Of a DNA stretch of 64,000 bases, positions 18,627-28,142 are shown in pieces; within the stretch, counting starts at the first letter, position 1, and each line of letters opens with the position of its first letter. The notes below the pieces were generated by a model. It did no database searches. It saw only the letters and a program-made list of their open reading frames with translations, and was not told the origin of the DNA. The DNA is from a virus, in IMG/VR virus record IMGVR_UViG_3300046051_000062. One strand, 5' to 3'. The position numbers and the translations under genes are program-made.

Positions 18627-19412
18627 ATGGAGCTTGAACGCATGGCAACTGCATCAGACCCCAGCGCACAGGAGAGCAGCACCGCGTTCTCCGTGCGGAA
18701 GTCGCTCGTAACGCCCTACGTCCCGTACACCATCTACGTCATCGCCTACGCCATCTTCGGCGTGGCGCTCGGCGCAGCGGTCGGGTCGTTCAACATCGTG
18801 TACGCGGCTGCGGTCGCCGCCGCCATCTGGTTCGGCCTCGAAGGACTGCACGCTATCGACCTCGCGGACGGCGGTGTCGCCATCCGGCTAAACAACGGCA
18901 TCGCCAACGTCCTCGGGTACGCACAGGTCGCTGTCGGGTCCGCAATCGGCGTATGGCTCGCCTACGAGACGACGTGGCAGTTCCTCGGACTCGTCGCGCT
19001 CGGCGCACTGCTCGGACTGGCGTACAACGAGGAGTGGTTGAACGGCTGGCTGCACGACCGCGACAAGATAACCGGCCTCGCCAACTTCGGCGTCTCGTGG
19101 GGCATGATCCCGTTCTACGCAGGCGTCGCCGTGATGTACCCCGGTCTGCTGACGTGGAGCGGAACCGTCGGCCCCGTACAGACGCTCGGGATACTGGTCA
19201 TCGGCCTTGGCATCTGCATCGACGCCATTCGGCTCAACTATCTCGAAGGTCATGGTGCGATTCCGCGCTACGAGGACGTGGGGATCGAACACTCTCGGGA
19301 CCACAAGAGTACCGCCGAGGAGGCCCGCGCCGCCTGCCACCAGGCCAACGTCATCAACATCCCTGCCTGGGTCTGCATCGGCGTCGGAACGCTCCTCCTG
19401 TTCGCACTATGA
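18627..19412 (+). CDS. Multi-pass membrane protein, UbiA-like prenyltransferase superfamily
   Basis: About 8 TM helices; loop motifs GLHAIDL, LAYNEE..NG.LHD and WGMIP; located in the isoprenoid cluster. Confidence 0.5.
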   Translation: MELERMATASDPSAQESSTAFSVRKSLVTPYVPYTIYVIAYAIFGVALGAAVGSFNIVYAAAVAAAIWFGLEGLHAIDLADGGVAIRLNNGIANVLGYAQVAVGSAIGVWLAYETTWQFLGLVALGALLGLAYNEEWLNGWLHDRDKITGLANFGVSWGMIPFYAGVAVMYPGLLTWSGTVGPVQTLGILVIGLGICIDAIRLNYLEGHGAIPRYEDVGIEHSRDHKSTAEEARAACHQANVINIPAWVCIGVGTLLLFAL

Positions 19413-19630
19413 CCGTGCCGAACGTCGGGACAGTCGAGGCAACCCTCCGAGTCGTGGTGGCGGGGATGGTCAACGTTGTGGCGCTGGCGTTCGCGCTGGC
19501 CTACCCACAACCCATCACTGCCGCCGCCCTTCTCGTGGCAGTTGTCGGCGGGGCGCTCATGATGCGGTCGGCCCTCACGCAACGCTGTCCCATCCACGAG
19601 AAATACGACATCGACACGACCAGACGGTAG
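19409..19630 (+). CDS. YgaP/DUF2892-like membrane protein
   Basis: NVGTVEATLR...ALTQRCPIHEKYDIDT pattern; ATGA overlap with the upstream gene. Confidence 0.65.
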   Translation: MTVPNVGTVEATLRVVVAGMVNVVALAFALAYPQPITAAALLVAVVGGALMMRSALTQRCPIHEKYDIDTTRR

Positions 19631-19636
19631 CCCCCC

Positions 19637-19999
19637 ATGGCCGTGACAGACCGGGAGTCACGGGCGGTGCGCTGGACCGTCGCAGGGTCCATCGTTCACT
19701 CTGAGGACGTGCCCGCCGCGCTCCGCCGCTGGCGTGACAGGTTCGCGGTCAGCCAGCGGGACGTGGCCGGCCGCATGGGCGTCCGCCAGTCGGTCATCAG
19801 CGACTACGAGAACGGACGGCGAGCTAACCCGGGCGCGGAGTGGATCAAGTCCTTCGTGAACGCACTGGTCGACATAGCGATAGAGCCGGAACCCCCGCCC
19901 AGCCCCGAGGCCGACCCGTCAGCCCGCCGGGGCCTACCGGAGGACATCCGCAACGTTGTCGAGTCCTACGAGCCAGAGGACCCGCCGGAGAATGGGTGA
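19637..19999 (+). CDS. XRE-type HTH transcriptional regulator (archaeal COG1709-like N-terminus)
   Basis: LRRWRDRFAVSQRDVAGRMGVRQSVISDYENGRRANPG. Confidence 0.85.
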   Translation: MAVTDRESRAVRWTVAGSIVHSEDVPAALRRWRDRFAVSQRDVAGRMGVRQSVISDYENGRRANPGAEWIKSFVNALVDIAIEPEPPPSPEADPSARRGLPEDIRNVVESYEPEDPPENG

Positions 20000-20055
20000 G
20001 TGGCCGACACCCCAGGCACCCGAATTTTTAGTGCTGGCGCCCCCAACCAGCGTCC

Positions 20056-21642
20056 ATGGCCGAGGAACTCGACGCGAAGACCAAGCGGAAACTCAACTCG
20101 GGGTTCGCCAAGCGCATCGAGGAGCAGGGTGGTTCGCCCGTGGATGCGCTCATCGAGGTCAAGGCCGGGGAGGTTGACGAAACCATCCAGGCGCTCGGCG
20201 GCCTCGCCACCATCGACCCGGACGGGACGGGCGTCATCGGAAACACGTTCATCCCCGCGACCATCGACACACAGGACCTCCCGGAGATAACCTCCATCCC
20301 AACGGTCAAGCGCGTCCACCAGGACCAGAAGGTCGGAGTAAAAGCGGGCGATGTGGGCGGGCTGGACTTCCCCACGCTCGCCCCGGGGAAAGACCCTGTC
20401 CGCACCGTCATCTCCGACGCGGTGTATGAGATGTACGGAGCCAGGGACAAGTACGTTGGCAACGTCGGCATCAGCCGCGTCGAGGCCCCCCGCCTCAACT
20501 TCGCACAACTCCCCCCCGGGGACCCGGTGCAGACGGCGTTCTCTGCGGTCGAACAACTCTCCCCACAGGCCGACAGCGGCGACAAGTACATCCCGACGGG
20601 TCGGTCGGTCGAGTTCGTCCGCGACGCCTCGCTCACTGACGGCGAACTCAGCGACGACACCGCTGTCGCCATCCTCGACACCGGACTCACCCCCCTGGAA
20701 CCGTCGAATGGGGGGCGCGTACCCCGTCTGGAGTCGCTCGTCCCTGGAGAGGGTCCCCAGGACATGCACGGCCACGGGTCGTGGTGTTCGTTCACCGCAG
20801 CCGGCTACGAAGCCCCCTCAACCTGGGGGACGGTCAACGGCGTCGCGTCCGGCGCGAAGTACGGCCACTTCAAGTGCCTCAACACGTTCCCGGGCTTCGG
20901 AAAGACCTCGTGGATTCTCAAGGCGATGGAGCGCGCCCTAAAGTGGGGCGCGGACGTGATTTCGATGTCCCTCGGCGGGGAGCAGCAAGGCGACGTGGAC
21001 GAGGACCCCTACTGCATCTTCATCGAGGAGAACTGCAAGGAGAACGCGGGCGACGAGGACGGCGCGATTTTCGTTACGGCAGTTTCGAACTCGGGACCCG
21101 ACAAGTGGCAGGTGGGCTCTCCCGGCGTTGCGCCGAAGGCCATCACGGTCGGAGCGTGGTCGCTGGTAGACGACGCCCCCGCCGTGTTCTCCTCGCGCGG
21201 CCCGCAGGGAGGGTGGTACGAGGACAACGACGAGGCGTTCAAGCGGGACCTCAAGGAGAAGGGCGCGACCGAGTTCGTGAAGCCAGATTTGGTTTCACCG
21301 GGGGGTGGCCGCGAGAACGACACCAAGGCACAGAACGCCAACGAGTACCTCCACCAGACCGAAGTGGGGTGGGTCGAAGGCGTGTTCGATGGCCTCAAGG
21401 ACGCGCGGGGATTGATGCAAGGGTCCAGTATGGCGACGCCCCACGCCGCCGGCCTCGTCGCCCGCCTGTACGACCGTGGCATCATCAAGACGGCCAAGGA
21501 GGTCAAGCGAGTGGCCCGCGAGGAGGGCAGCGTCCCCGAGTTCGAGACGGCAGCCGCGAACGCGAACGAGCAGGTCAACGGAAAGAACGTGGCTGTCGGA
21601 TATGGGGTGCTGCGCGAGTCCCTGTTTGCGCCCGACGGGTAG
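20056..21642 (+). CDS. S8 (subtilisin-like) serine protease
   Basis: Catalytic triad: VAILDTG, HGHGSWC, GSSMATPHAAG; N-terminal pro-domain-like region; no signal peptide seen. Confidence 0.92.
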   Translation: MAEELDAKTKRKLNSGFAKRIEEQGGSPVDALIEVKAGEVDETIQALGGLATIDPDGTGVIGNTFIPATIDTQDLPEITSIPTVKRVHQDQKVGVKAGDVGGLDFPTLAPGKDPVRTVISDAVYEMYGARDKYVGNVGISRVEAPRLNFAQLPPGDPVQTAFSAVEQLSPQADSGDKYIPTGRSVEFVRDASLTDGELSDDTAVAILDTGLTPLEPSNGGRVPRLESLVPGEGPQDMHGHGSWCSFTAAGYEAPSTWGTVNGVASGAKYGHFKCLNTFPGFGKTSWILKAMERALKWGADVISMSLGGEQQGDVDEDPYCIFIEENCKENAGDEDGAIFVTAVSNSGPDKWQVGSPGVAPKAITVGAWSLVDDAPAVFSSRGPQGGWYEDNDEAFKRDLKEKGATEFVKPDLVSPGGGRENDTKAQNANEYLHQTEVGWVEGVFDGLKDARGLMQGSSMATPHAAGLVARLYDRGIIKTAKEVKRVAREEGSVPEFETAAANANEQVNGKNVAVGYGVLRESLFAPDG

Positions 21643-21685
21643 GCCGCCCCGACCTTTAAGCCGTAGCGCCCGGTATGTTTTCGTA

Positions 21686-22114
21686 ATGCCAGCCGAGAAA
21701 CTTGAGCGGGCGCTGGAGGAAAAGGTGGGCGCACTCCCGGACCCGCTCGACGCCGACCGCATCGACCGCATCCTCACGGAGCCGGAGCAGGAGGCGCTTC
21801 TGGACGCCATCGCTGCGGACATAGTGGACGTGGTGCCCATCGCCGGGGACCTCGTGGCGCTCGTGCGGATGAAGCAGGCCGAGGACAAGGGCATCGAGTA
21901 CCCGTCGCGTCCGCAGGTCATCGAGAACGCGCTGTCGGACATCCCTGCGCCGTTCGACACCGTGGGCGACGTTCTCGTTAGCGCGAACACGATGCACTAC
22001 CTCCAGAACGAACGCGGGGTACCCATCGAGGCGCTCCAAGAGGACATCACGACCGACACGGCAGAGCAGGTCGACCAGGTAATCGGCAAACTGCTCCCCG
22101 GCAGTCAAGGGTAG
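21686..22114 (+). CDS. Hypothetical protein
   Basis: TTTAAG TATA-like box at about 21654, roughly 30 nt upstream; acidic helical ORF. Confidence 0.7.
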   Translation: MPAEKLERALEEKVGALPDPLDADRIDRILTEPEQEALLDAIAADIVDVVPIAGDLVALVRMKQAEDKGIEYPSRPQVIENALSDIPAPFDTVGDVLVSANTMHYLQNERGVPIEALQEDITTDTAEQVDQVIGKLLPGSQG

Positions 22115-22127
22115 CGGGTAGCCCGAC

Positions 22128-22508
22128 ATGCCTCCCTCTGGACCCCCTACGCCGGACGAACTCCAGCAGCAGTTCCCCATCTCCCCCGAGGAGGCCCAGG
22201 CCATCGCCACCGCGATGACGCCGCTCCAAGACATCACCGGGGTCGGGAGTAGCCTCGGGAGCGCTATGGAGGGGCTGCCGGGGACCGGCCCCGCGTTCGC
22301 CGGCACGGTCCTCCAGACTATCGCCGCCCAGGTCAACCTCACCTCACAGTCCGCAGAAGCCGTCGCTCGCGCGCTCCAGTTCTACGTTCAGGCCCAGGAG
22401 GAGTCGTTCGAAGCCGCGTTCCCCCCGCCGGACGTGATTGCCGAGCAACTCCAGCGGACGGTCGAACCGCTCGCGGAGGGTGTCGGACAGTTCCCCGAGG
22501 ACCCGTAG
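22128..22508 (+). CDS. Hypothetical amphipathic helical protein
   Basis: 126-aa ORF rich in A/Q/G. Confidence 0.65.
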   Translation: MPPSGPPTPDELQQQFPISPEEAQAIATAMTPLQDITGVGSSLGSAMEGLPGTGPAFAGTVLQTIAAQVNLTSQSAEAVARALQFYVQAQEESFEAAFPPPDVIAEQLQRTVEPLAEGVGQFPEDP

Positions 22509-22553
22509 CAACCCCCACAGTTTTTATCCCTCGGCGACAAGAGACGGGTACGC

Positions 22554-22742
22554 ATGGCACCAAACCTACCGTCACCCGACGCGGCGCTGCCCGGGACGGG
22601 CGGCCCGTCCGACCTGCTGTCCGACCTCGAACCGGAGATGGCCGAAGGCCCGCTCGGGCTGCCCTACCTCAAGCCGAGCGGTGCGCCGGACCTCCCCGAC
22701 GGCCCCGACGCCCCGGGCGGCCTCGGCGACATGCCCCCGTAG
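22554..22742 (+). CDS. Small Pro/Gly-rich protein
   Basis: TTTTAT box at about 22521; acidic composition. Confidence 0.5.
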   Translation: MAPNLPSPDAALPGTGGPSDLLSDLEPEMAEGPLGLPYLKPSGAPDLPDGPDAPGGLGDMPP

Positions 22743-22851
22743 ACGAACAACCAGGTCACGCCCCTCTTTCGTTCCGTCCGGTAGCGTTCGTCAGCGTTGG
22801 CTGGCGTTCTCGGACACCAACTACCAAGTCCATCCGGCTCGTAGCGATTCC

Positions 22852-23301
22852 ATGGCGATGGATGACAACGACGTGTGGGGGCCGTTCGACCCCCTCAGGG
22901 ACTTCCCGGTGCCCCCTGGGGTGGACATCGAGTCCGTGGGGCCACTCGGAGTGCCCATGCCCGTTCCTGGCGAGGCCGAACAGCCCGCAGACCAACCGGA
23001 GCCGGTCGATGCCACCGAGGACGACCAGTCGGTCCCCGACCCTGGCGACCCGCTGGACGAGGCTATCGAACTCGGCGAGTCCTACATCGACCGCGTGGAG
23101 GAGGCCATGGAGACGGAGACGTGTTCGTTCTGCCTCTCGGTCCTCCAAGACCTCCGGGGGGAACCGATGGACGAGCAGGTCCAGGGGGTCCGCGAACTCA
23201 AGCGGCTAAAAGACGTGATGGCGACTGACCCCGACCGGGAGAAACTCAAGGACGTGATGGGGGACTTCGAGGTCGTGGAACTCCCCGGTGTAGACGCATA
23301 G
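22852..23301 (+). CDS. Hypothetical protein with CxxC
   Basis: Acidic ORF starting MAMDDNDVWGP; contains CSFC. Confidence 0.65.
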   Translation: MAMDDNDVWGPFDPLRDFPVPPGVDIESVGPLGVPMPVPGEAEQPADQPEPVDATEDDQSVPDPGDPLDEAIELGESYIDRVEEAMETETCSFCLSVLQDLRGEPMDEQVQGVRELKRLKDVMATDPDREKLKDVMGDFEVVELPGVDA

Positions 23302-23431
23302 CCGCAGGAAGGCCGGTTACTCGCGCGATTCGACGCCGCTATCCTCGCTCCCCATGCAGTCTTTCAACTTCTCGATGATGCTGCCCTCACCCTCGCGGCA
23401 GTCGTCGTCCTGGTCTTGAGCCATGTGTGCA

Positions 23432-23692
23432 TCATGGTCGGCGTCCGAGATATGCTTTTGGGAGTTCCTGCACCAGCCCCTTGGCCGTCGGCTTGATGCC
23501 GTAATAGACCAGTTCGTCGGCAAACAGGTGGGGGGCGTGGACGTGTTCGCCGTGGTGGTTATACACCAGGTGTTCGCCCCGCTCGCTCTCGATGGGCGTC
23601 AGTTCGAGAACCCCCCGAACGTCGAGTCGGTCCAGCGTGCCTGCGATGGCACGGCAGAACGGGCAGTCGGCCGAGTACACGAGTTCGAGCAT
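23432..23692 (-). CDS. DCC1/DUF393-like thiol-disulfide oxidoreductase
   Basis: N-terminal LVYSADCPFC motif. Confidence 0.7.
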   Translation of the reverse strand: MLELVYSADCPFCRAIAGTLDRLDVRGVLELTPIESERGEHLVYNHHGEHVHAPHLFADELVYYGIKPTAKGLVQELPKAYLGRRP

Positions 23693-23749
23693 GTGTCGAG
23701 TGTTCGACCCCCCAAAGTAAAAGCGTTGGAGGCTCTACGTTCGGGCAAC

Positions 23750-24082
23750 ATGGCACACGAACCGTCTGAGGAGGAGAAGTGCCGTCTCGTCACCGAGGTG
23801 GCGGTGGAGCAGGCGATGGAGAAGTGTGGGAGCGAGGAGGCGGTGCGGCGTCAACTCATGCGTATCGTCGGGCTGTCCGAGGATCTCGACCCCGACTGTG
23901 AGGCGTCCCTGGAGGAGGGATTGGACGAGCCGACCCTCCAGAGTACGCGGGCGACCCGCCAGTGGGTCATGTGTCGGGCGTGGAACCTGGTACAAGATGA
24001 GGACAGGACGCTCTCTGCTGGTGTCTCCCAGGCGTGGGCGGAGGCGAAGGCCGAGGGCGACAAGCAAGGCTACGAGGTGTGA
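23750..24082 (+). CDS. Hypothetical protein
   Basis: Acidic helical ORF, coupled to the next gene. Confidence 0.65.
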   Translation: MAHEPSEEEKCRLVTEVAVEQAMEKCGSEEAVRRQLMRIVGLSEDLDPDCEASLEEGLDEPTLQSTRATRQWVMCRAWNLVQDEDRTLSAGVSQAWAEAKAEGDKQGYEV

Positions 24083-24885
24083 TGCCGGCAATGGATTTTG
24101 GAGACATCGACACGCCGACTATCCAGACTGGCGACATCAAGCAGGCCGAGTTCACCGTTAACCGCTACGTCGTGAACGACGGCGAGGTCGAGCACCAGGA
24201 GGAGTCCGTAGACATCACGGAAGACGAGATGGACGAACTGCGGGAGGACATCGCCTCGCAGATGGACGACGCGATGGCGGAGTTCGAGCAGACGGGCGAC
24301 GTGTCGGGCACACGCCTCGACCTCACCATGGACGACCCAGACCCCGCCGTGGACACCCAGGACACGGCCTCTCCGGAGAGCGGTCCGGAGGAGAGCGAGC
24401 AGGACGGCCAGCAGGCCGAGCAAGACCAGGACGACCCACAGGCCAGCCAGGGCGAGGAACCCGCTGACGCGCTCGCTACGGCCCGAGAGATAGCCCAGGA
24501 CCACGACATCGACAAGACGGACTACCCCGTGTTCGGCAAGCACGTCCGGGAGGCCGGCATCGACAACGACAGCGTGAGCGACCTGTGGGACGAACTCCGG
24601 GAGGAGGGCGTCATCGACGGCGACGACGCCGACAGCGAGGACAGCGACCAGCCAGCCGTCGAGGAGCCGGACGCGGACGTGCCCGATGCGGTGTATCTCA
24701 TCACGACCGAGGGGTGTATGGGGTGTGAGATGCTCAAAGACGACCTCGGCGACCTCGTGGACGACCCGGTGGAGGTGTTGGACATCCAAGAGAGCGACGA
24801 GGCGGTGGACATCGTGATGGAACTGGACATCGACCGGACGCCCACGATGGTGGAGGAACGCGATGGAGCGTACGAGCGACTCTGA
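24082..24885 (+). CDS. Acidic protein with C-terminal thioredoxin/glutaredoxin-like domain
   Basis: YLITTEGCMGCEML...LDIDRTPTMV (CxxC plus cis-Pro). Confidence 0.7.
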   Translation: MPAMDFGDIDTPTIQTGDIKQAEFTVNRYVVNDGEVEHQEESVDITEDEMDELREDIASQMDDAMAEFEQTGDVSGTRLDLTMDDPDPAVDTQDTASPESGPEESEQDGQQAEQDQDDPQASQGEEPADALATAREIAQDHDIDKTDYPVFGKHVREAGIDNDSVSDLWDELREEGVIDGDDADSEDSDQPAVEEPDADVPDAVYLITTEGCMGCEMLKDDLGDLVDDPVEVLDIQESDEAVDIVMELDIDRTPTMVEERDGAYERL

Positions 24886-25060
24886 CCGCATCTACCGGGG
24901 CGAAGTGCTGGAAGCGGCCCTCGACCCGGAGGACTATGCGTCGCTGGCGGACCTGGAGGACGCCCTGCGTGACGATTTTGATGACCTGGAGCCCGGCGAG
25001 GAGTTGTACGTCTCGCTGTCGGACGGACACTTGGTCGTCAAAAAACTGCGTGAGTTGTAG
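24863..25060 (+). CDS. Small hypothetical protein
   Basis: Acidic 65-aa ORF overlapping the previous stop. Confidence 0.55.
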   Translation: MERTSDSDRIYRGEVLEAALDPEDYASLADLEDALRDDFDDLEPGEELYVSLSDGHLVVKKLREL

Positions 25061-25105
25061 GGGGAGAATCGCGTCCCCTACGGGCGGCGGGATCTCCTGG
25101 AGGGT

Positions 25106-25333
25106 CTATCGGCCCTTGCAGGACGAGGACGCCTGTGAGAAGGCGTCGCGGACCTCGGCACGCCCGGTGAAGTTCTTGCCTTCCATCTCGTCGGCGACAC
25201 ACGACTGGTGTCGCGCGAGCTTCTCGCTGGTCTGAACGTTACGCTTGCTGCGGTAGTAGGCGCTCTGGTCCCCGTCCGGGTCGACCGGAATCATCTGCGA
25301 CAGGACCAGTCCCATGGCGGACTTGCGAGCCAT
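25106..25333 (-). CDS. Small basic hypothetical protein
   Basis: 75-aa ORF with an AT-rich upstream region (25360-25385). Confidence 0.55.
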   Translation of the reverse strand: MARKSAMGLVLSQMIPVDPDGDQSAYYRSKRNVQTSEKLARHQSCVADEMEGKNFTGRAEVRDAFSQASSSCKGR

Positions 25334-25392
25334 TGCACTCGGTAGTAGTGGATACGGGCACTAAAGTATTCGTAAAGAAAGAATTTGACTGC

Positions 25393-25797
25393 TTACGTTC
25401 CGTCGTCGGGGAGCATCTGCATCGACATCGCCACCCGGAGACAGTCGAGGATGATGCGCTCGGGTGGGTCCTCGGCGTCCTCGCCGATATACAGTTTCGA
25501 CTCGGCGTGGGGCACCAGGCCCGCCAGCGCCTCCTCGAACGCCTCCTCGAACTCCGGGTCGATAAACAACGGCTGCACGTAGTATTCACCGCCGTCGTTG
25601 ATGACGAGATGGGCGTCCACGAGCGTGGACAAATGGTACTGGACTGACTGCCTGGTCGTATCGAGGGCCGCCCCAATCTCGGAGGGCGTCATCTTATCGG
25701 CCTCATGGACCAGCAGCGTGAAAATCTCACCCCGAAGCCCCTCGTCAGCACCACCCGCCGGGATACTGGGGGTCGGTCGCTCTCCGGCGTCGTCCAT
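25393..25797 (-). CDS. Winged-HTH (ArsR-like) protein
   Basis: MTPSEIGAALDTTRQSVQYHLSTLVDAHLV. Confidence 0.8.
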   Translation of the reverse strand: MDDAGERPTPSIPAGGADEGLRGEIFTLLVHEADKMTPSEIGAALDTTRQSVQYHLSTLVDAHLVINDGGEYYVQPLFIDPEFEEAFEEALAGLVPHAESKLYIGEDAEDPPERIILDCLRVAMSMQMLPDDGT

Positions 25798-25855
25798 GTG
25801 GTAGGCCAGAGACTCTCGCGCAAAATAGGTTGGGACCGTCGGGGTCGGGGGCCGG

Positions 25856-26449
25856 TCACTCGACCTCGAACACGTCGCTTTCGATGAGAACGTCGTGTTG
25901 GACGCGTCCCTCAAGATACTCAATCGCGTCGGCAACATCGAAGTTGGTGGGACTGAACGGGCCGAACGGCTGGTCTGTCCGCAGGTCCATCTTCCAGAGG
26001 CGGTCGTACCCGTCGATGTCTGAAAGGTGGCTCTCGGGCGGGTCTGCGTCCTGGGCGAAGAAGTCCCACATCGACCCCACGGACTTGTCCATAACGTGGG
26101 CCTTGGCCTCCATGATGGTGTCGTGGTCTTCCGCATCGTAGTGGATGAAGACGCCCTCCTGGACGGAGTCCACGCCCACCTTGTCGTCGCCCGGGTCGAG
26201 TTGCTCTTGGAACTCCTCCTCTCGGTCCTGGTGTGTCGCCGCCTCCCGCTCGTTCACCCGCATAGTAACGCCGGCAGCCCCGCTCGCGTCGGCGGGTTCG
26301 TCCTCCCCGCCCTCGGTGTCGGGGCCCGGACGCTTCTCTTGTTCCTCGGTCGTGGTGCCGGCCTGCTCGGCCATCTGCTGTCGCGTCTGGAACTGCTCCC
26401 AGGTAGCGGTGATTTCCTCGTACTCCTCGGCTGTGGGCTTGTCTGGCAT
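25856..26449 (-). CDS. Hypothetical acidic protein
   Basis: Start taken at MPDKPTAEE. Confidence 0.65.
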   Translation of the reverse strand: MPDKPTAEEYEEITATWEQFQTRQQMAEQAGTTTEEQEKRPGPDTEGGEDEPADASGAAGVTMRVNEREAATHQDREEEFQEQLDPGDDKVGVDSVQEGVFIHYDAEDHDTIMEAKAHVMDKSVGSMWDFFAQDADPPESHLSDIDGYDRLWKMDLRTDQPFGPFSPTNFDVADAIEYLEGRVQHDVLIESDVFEVE

Positions 26450-26480
26450 GTGATTGTGTTGGAATTGGAGGTCTGTAAGC

Positions 26481-27278
26481 CTACTCCACGTCATCGTCGT
26501 CGGTCATCTCGACCTCGACATCGCGCATCCCCCGGATGCCGGTGCGGGGGTCGTCGGTGTCGTCCGGTCCCTCTGGGCCCTCGGCGCTGTCGAGGCCGCC
26601 ATACGCCTTGCTGATGTCTTCCGACCAGTGCCGGGCCAGCCGAACCTCGTGGGGGTATTCGCCCCGGAACTGCTCGGCGTGGACGTAGACGTGCTTGTGG
26701 AGAAGGTCGGTTCCCCGGTCGTCTTCCAGGCGCTCCACGAACGTGTAGTCCTCGTCGTCGTGGACCTCGACGTACTCCGAGAGGGCGTCGCGGGCGTCCT
26801 TGATGATGGGACGTACCTGTCGGCGCTCGAAGTCCTCCTGCATGAGCGCGGGCCAGCGGACGGCGATGCCGTCCACGGCAGCCACGGCGTTCTTGTCGAG
26901 GCGGTGGCTCTGCTGGGTGTCATAAATGATGTCGCTGTTCTTGTGTCTGGAGATGGTGACGAGTTTGTCAATCTCCAGGTTCTCCACGTCCATCGACCGC
27001 CGGGCGTGCAGGAGGTGGTGGGCCTCGTGAATCAGGACGATGGAGTCCTCGGGCCACGCCTCCATCCTGGTCGTGGGGTCCAGCACCTCGACCCACGCTG
27101 GCAGGAGGTCCCGCTTGGCTTCGGGAAACCCCATGATGTAGGCGTCACGTCCGTTCGTCCCGAACACTTCCAGCAGCCGATGGCCGAGCGCCGTCTTGCC
27201 CTCCCCCCGTGCGCCGAGCCCGAGTAATACAAACGGCTCATCCAGTATCACCTCCCAGGAGATGTCAGTTGCTTCCAT
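26481..27278 (-). CDS. P-loop ATPase, Zot/FtsK-HerA-like; candidate packaging ATPase
   Basis: Walker A GARGEGKT, Walker B-like IVLIHEAH, SRHK arginine motif, DTQ sensor. Confidence 0.7.
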   Translation of the reverse strand: MEATDISWEVILDEPFVLLGLGARGEGKTALGHRLLEVFGTNGRDAYIMGFPEAKRDLLPAWVEVLDPTTRMEAWPEDSIVLIHEAHHLLHARRSMDVENLEIDKLVTISRHKNSDIIYDTQQSHRLDKNAVAAVDGIAVRWPALMQEDFERRQVRPIIKDARDALSEYVEVHDDEDYTFVERLEDDRGTDLLHKHVYVHAEQFRGEYPHEVRLARHWSEDISKAYGGLDSAEGPEGPDDTDDPRTGIRGMRDVEVEMTDDDDVE

Positions 27279-27678
27279 CGTCTCCGTGGGGGGTGGGGTG
27301 CGTGCCGGTGTCGCTGCGCCCGGGGACGGTCGTGAAGTGGTTGAGGACACACGTCGGGGGGTTGGCCTCGCCCTGGCGGCGGGCGTACAGCGACTGGTAT
27401 TTCTCCACCAGCGCGCTGGTGCCCTTGTCATCGTGGTCGCCGAGGCGGCGCAGTATCTCCTCGTCGGGATTGTAGCCCTGTTCGAGCATCATACGCCGGG
27501 CGTTGATGCAGATGTCCGCCAGTTCCTCGATGCACTCCTCGCCGTCGTACTCGTCGTCCTCCATGTCCCGGAGGTCACAGCCGATGACGAACGCGACGTA
27601 GGGAAAGCCGCCCTGCTCGAAGTCATCGTGACCGCCCCACACATCCTCGATGGTGCGGTCGAGAATCGACCGAAGCAT
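27265..27678 (-). CDS. MazG-like all-alpha NTP pyrophosphohydrolase
   Basis: IEELADICINA motif. Confidence 0.45.
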   Translation of the reverse strand: MLRSILDRTIEDVWGGHDDFEQGGFPYVAFVIGCDLRDMEDDEYDGEECIEELADICINARRMMLEQGYNPDEEILRRLGDHDDKGTSALVEKYQSLYARRQGEANPPTCVLNHFTTVPGRSDTGTHPTPHGDDGSN

Positions 27679-27683
27679 GGCTG

Positions 27684-27872
27684 TTAGTCCCCCTCGGTCA
27701 CGAGAACGGCGTCCACGTAGTCGCCCTCCACGATGTCGTACTTCTCGCGCTTCTCGGCGGGGATGGTGAGCCGGCCATCGGAGCCGACCTGCCAGTCGGT
27801 GATGACGACCTGTTCGGAGTCCGGTTCGGCGAGCGCGTCAGTAGTCTCCTCTGTATCGTTGTCGAGTGTCAT
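27684..27872 (-). CDS. AbrB/MazE/SpoVT-family DNA-binding protein
   Basis: QVGSDGRLTIPAEKREKYDIVEGDYV. Confidence 0.85.
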   Translation of the reverse strand: MTLDNDTEETTDALAEPDSEQVVITDWQVGSDGRLTIPAEKREKYDIVEGDYVDAVLVTEGD

Positions 27873-27971
27873 GTGTGTTACTGTCGGGTGGTGGCCCCCA
27901 AAAGGTGTGGGTGTCGTTGGCCACCGGAGTGCCCCGGCAGGGCGGCGACCCCTGCGTGTACGCCTCGTGAG

Positions 27972-28142
27972 TCAGTCGGGGCCGGTGGCCGGGTCGAGGT
28001 CCAGGCGGACCCGATGGCCGCACTCCATGCAGGCGTAGGTGGCCCAGGGGCCATCTGCATTGCCTGTGTCCATCTCGAAGTTCCGCAGGTCTTTGCAGGC
28101 GATACACGTCAGCGACAGCCGTCTCTGTGCGGTTACTGTCAT
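27972..28142 (-). CDS. Small zinc-ribbon protein
   Basis: CIAC...CMECG. Confidence 0.55.
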   Translation of the reverse strand: MTVTAQRRLSLTCIACKDLRNFEMDTGNADGPWATYACMECGHRVRLDLDPATGPD

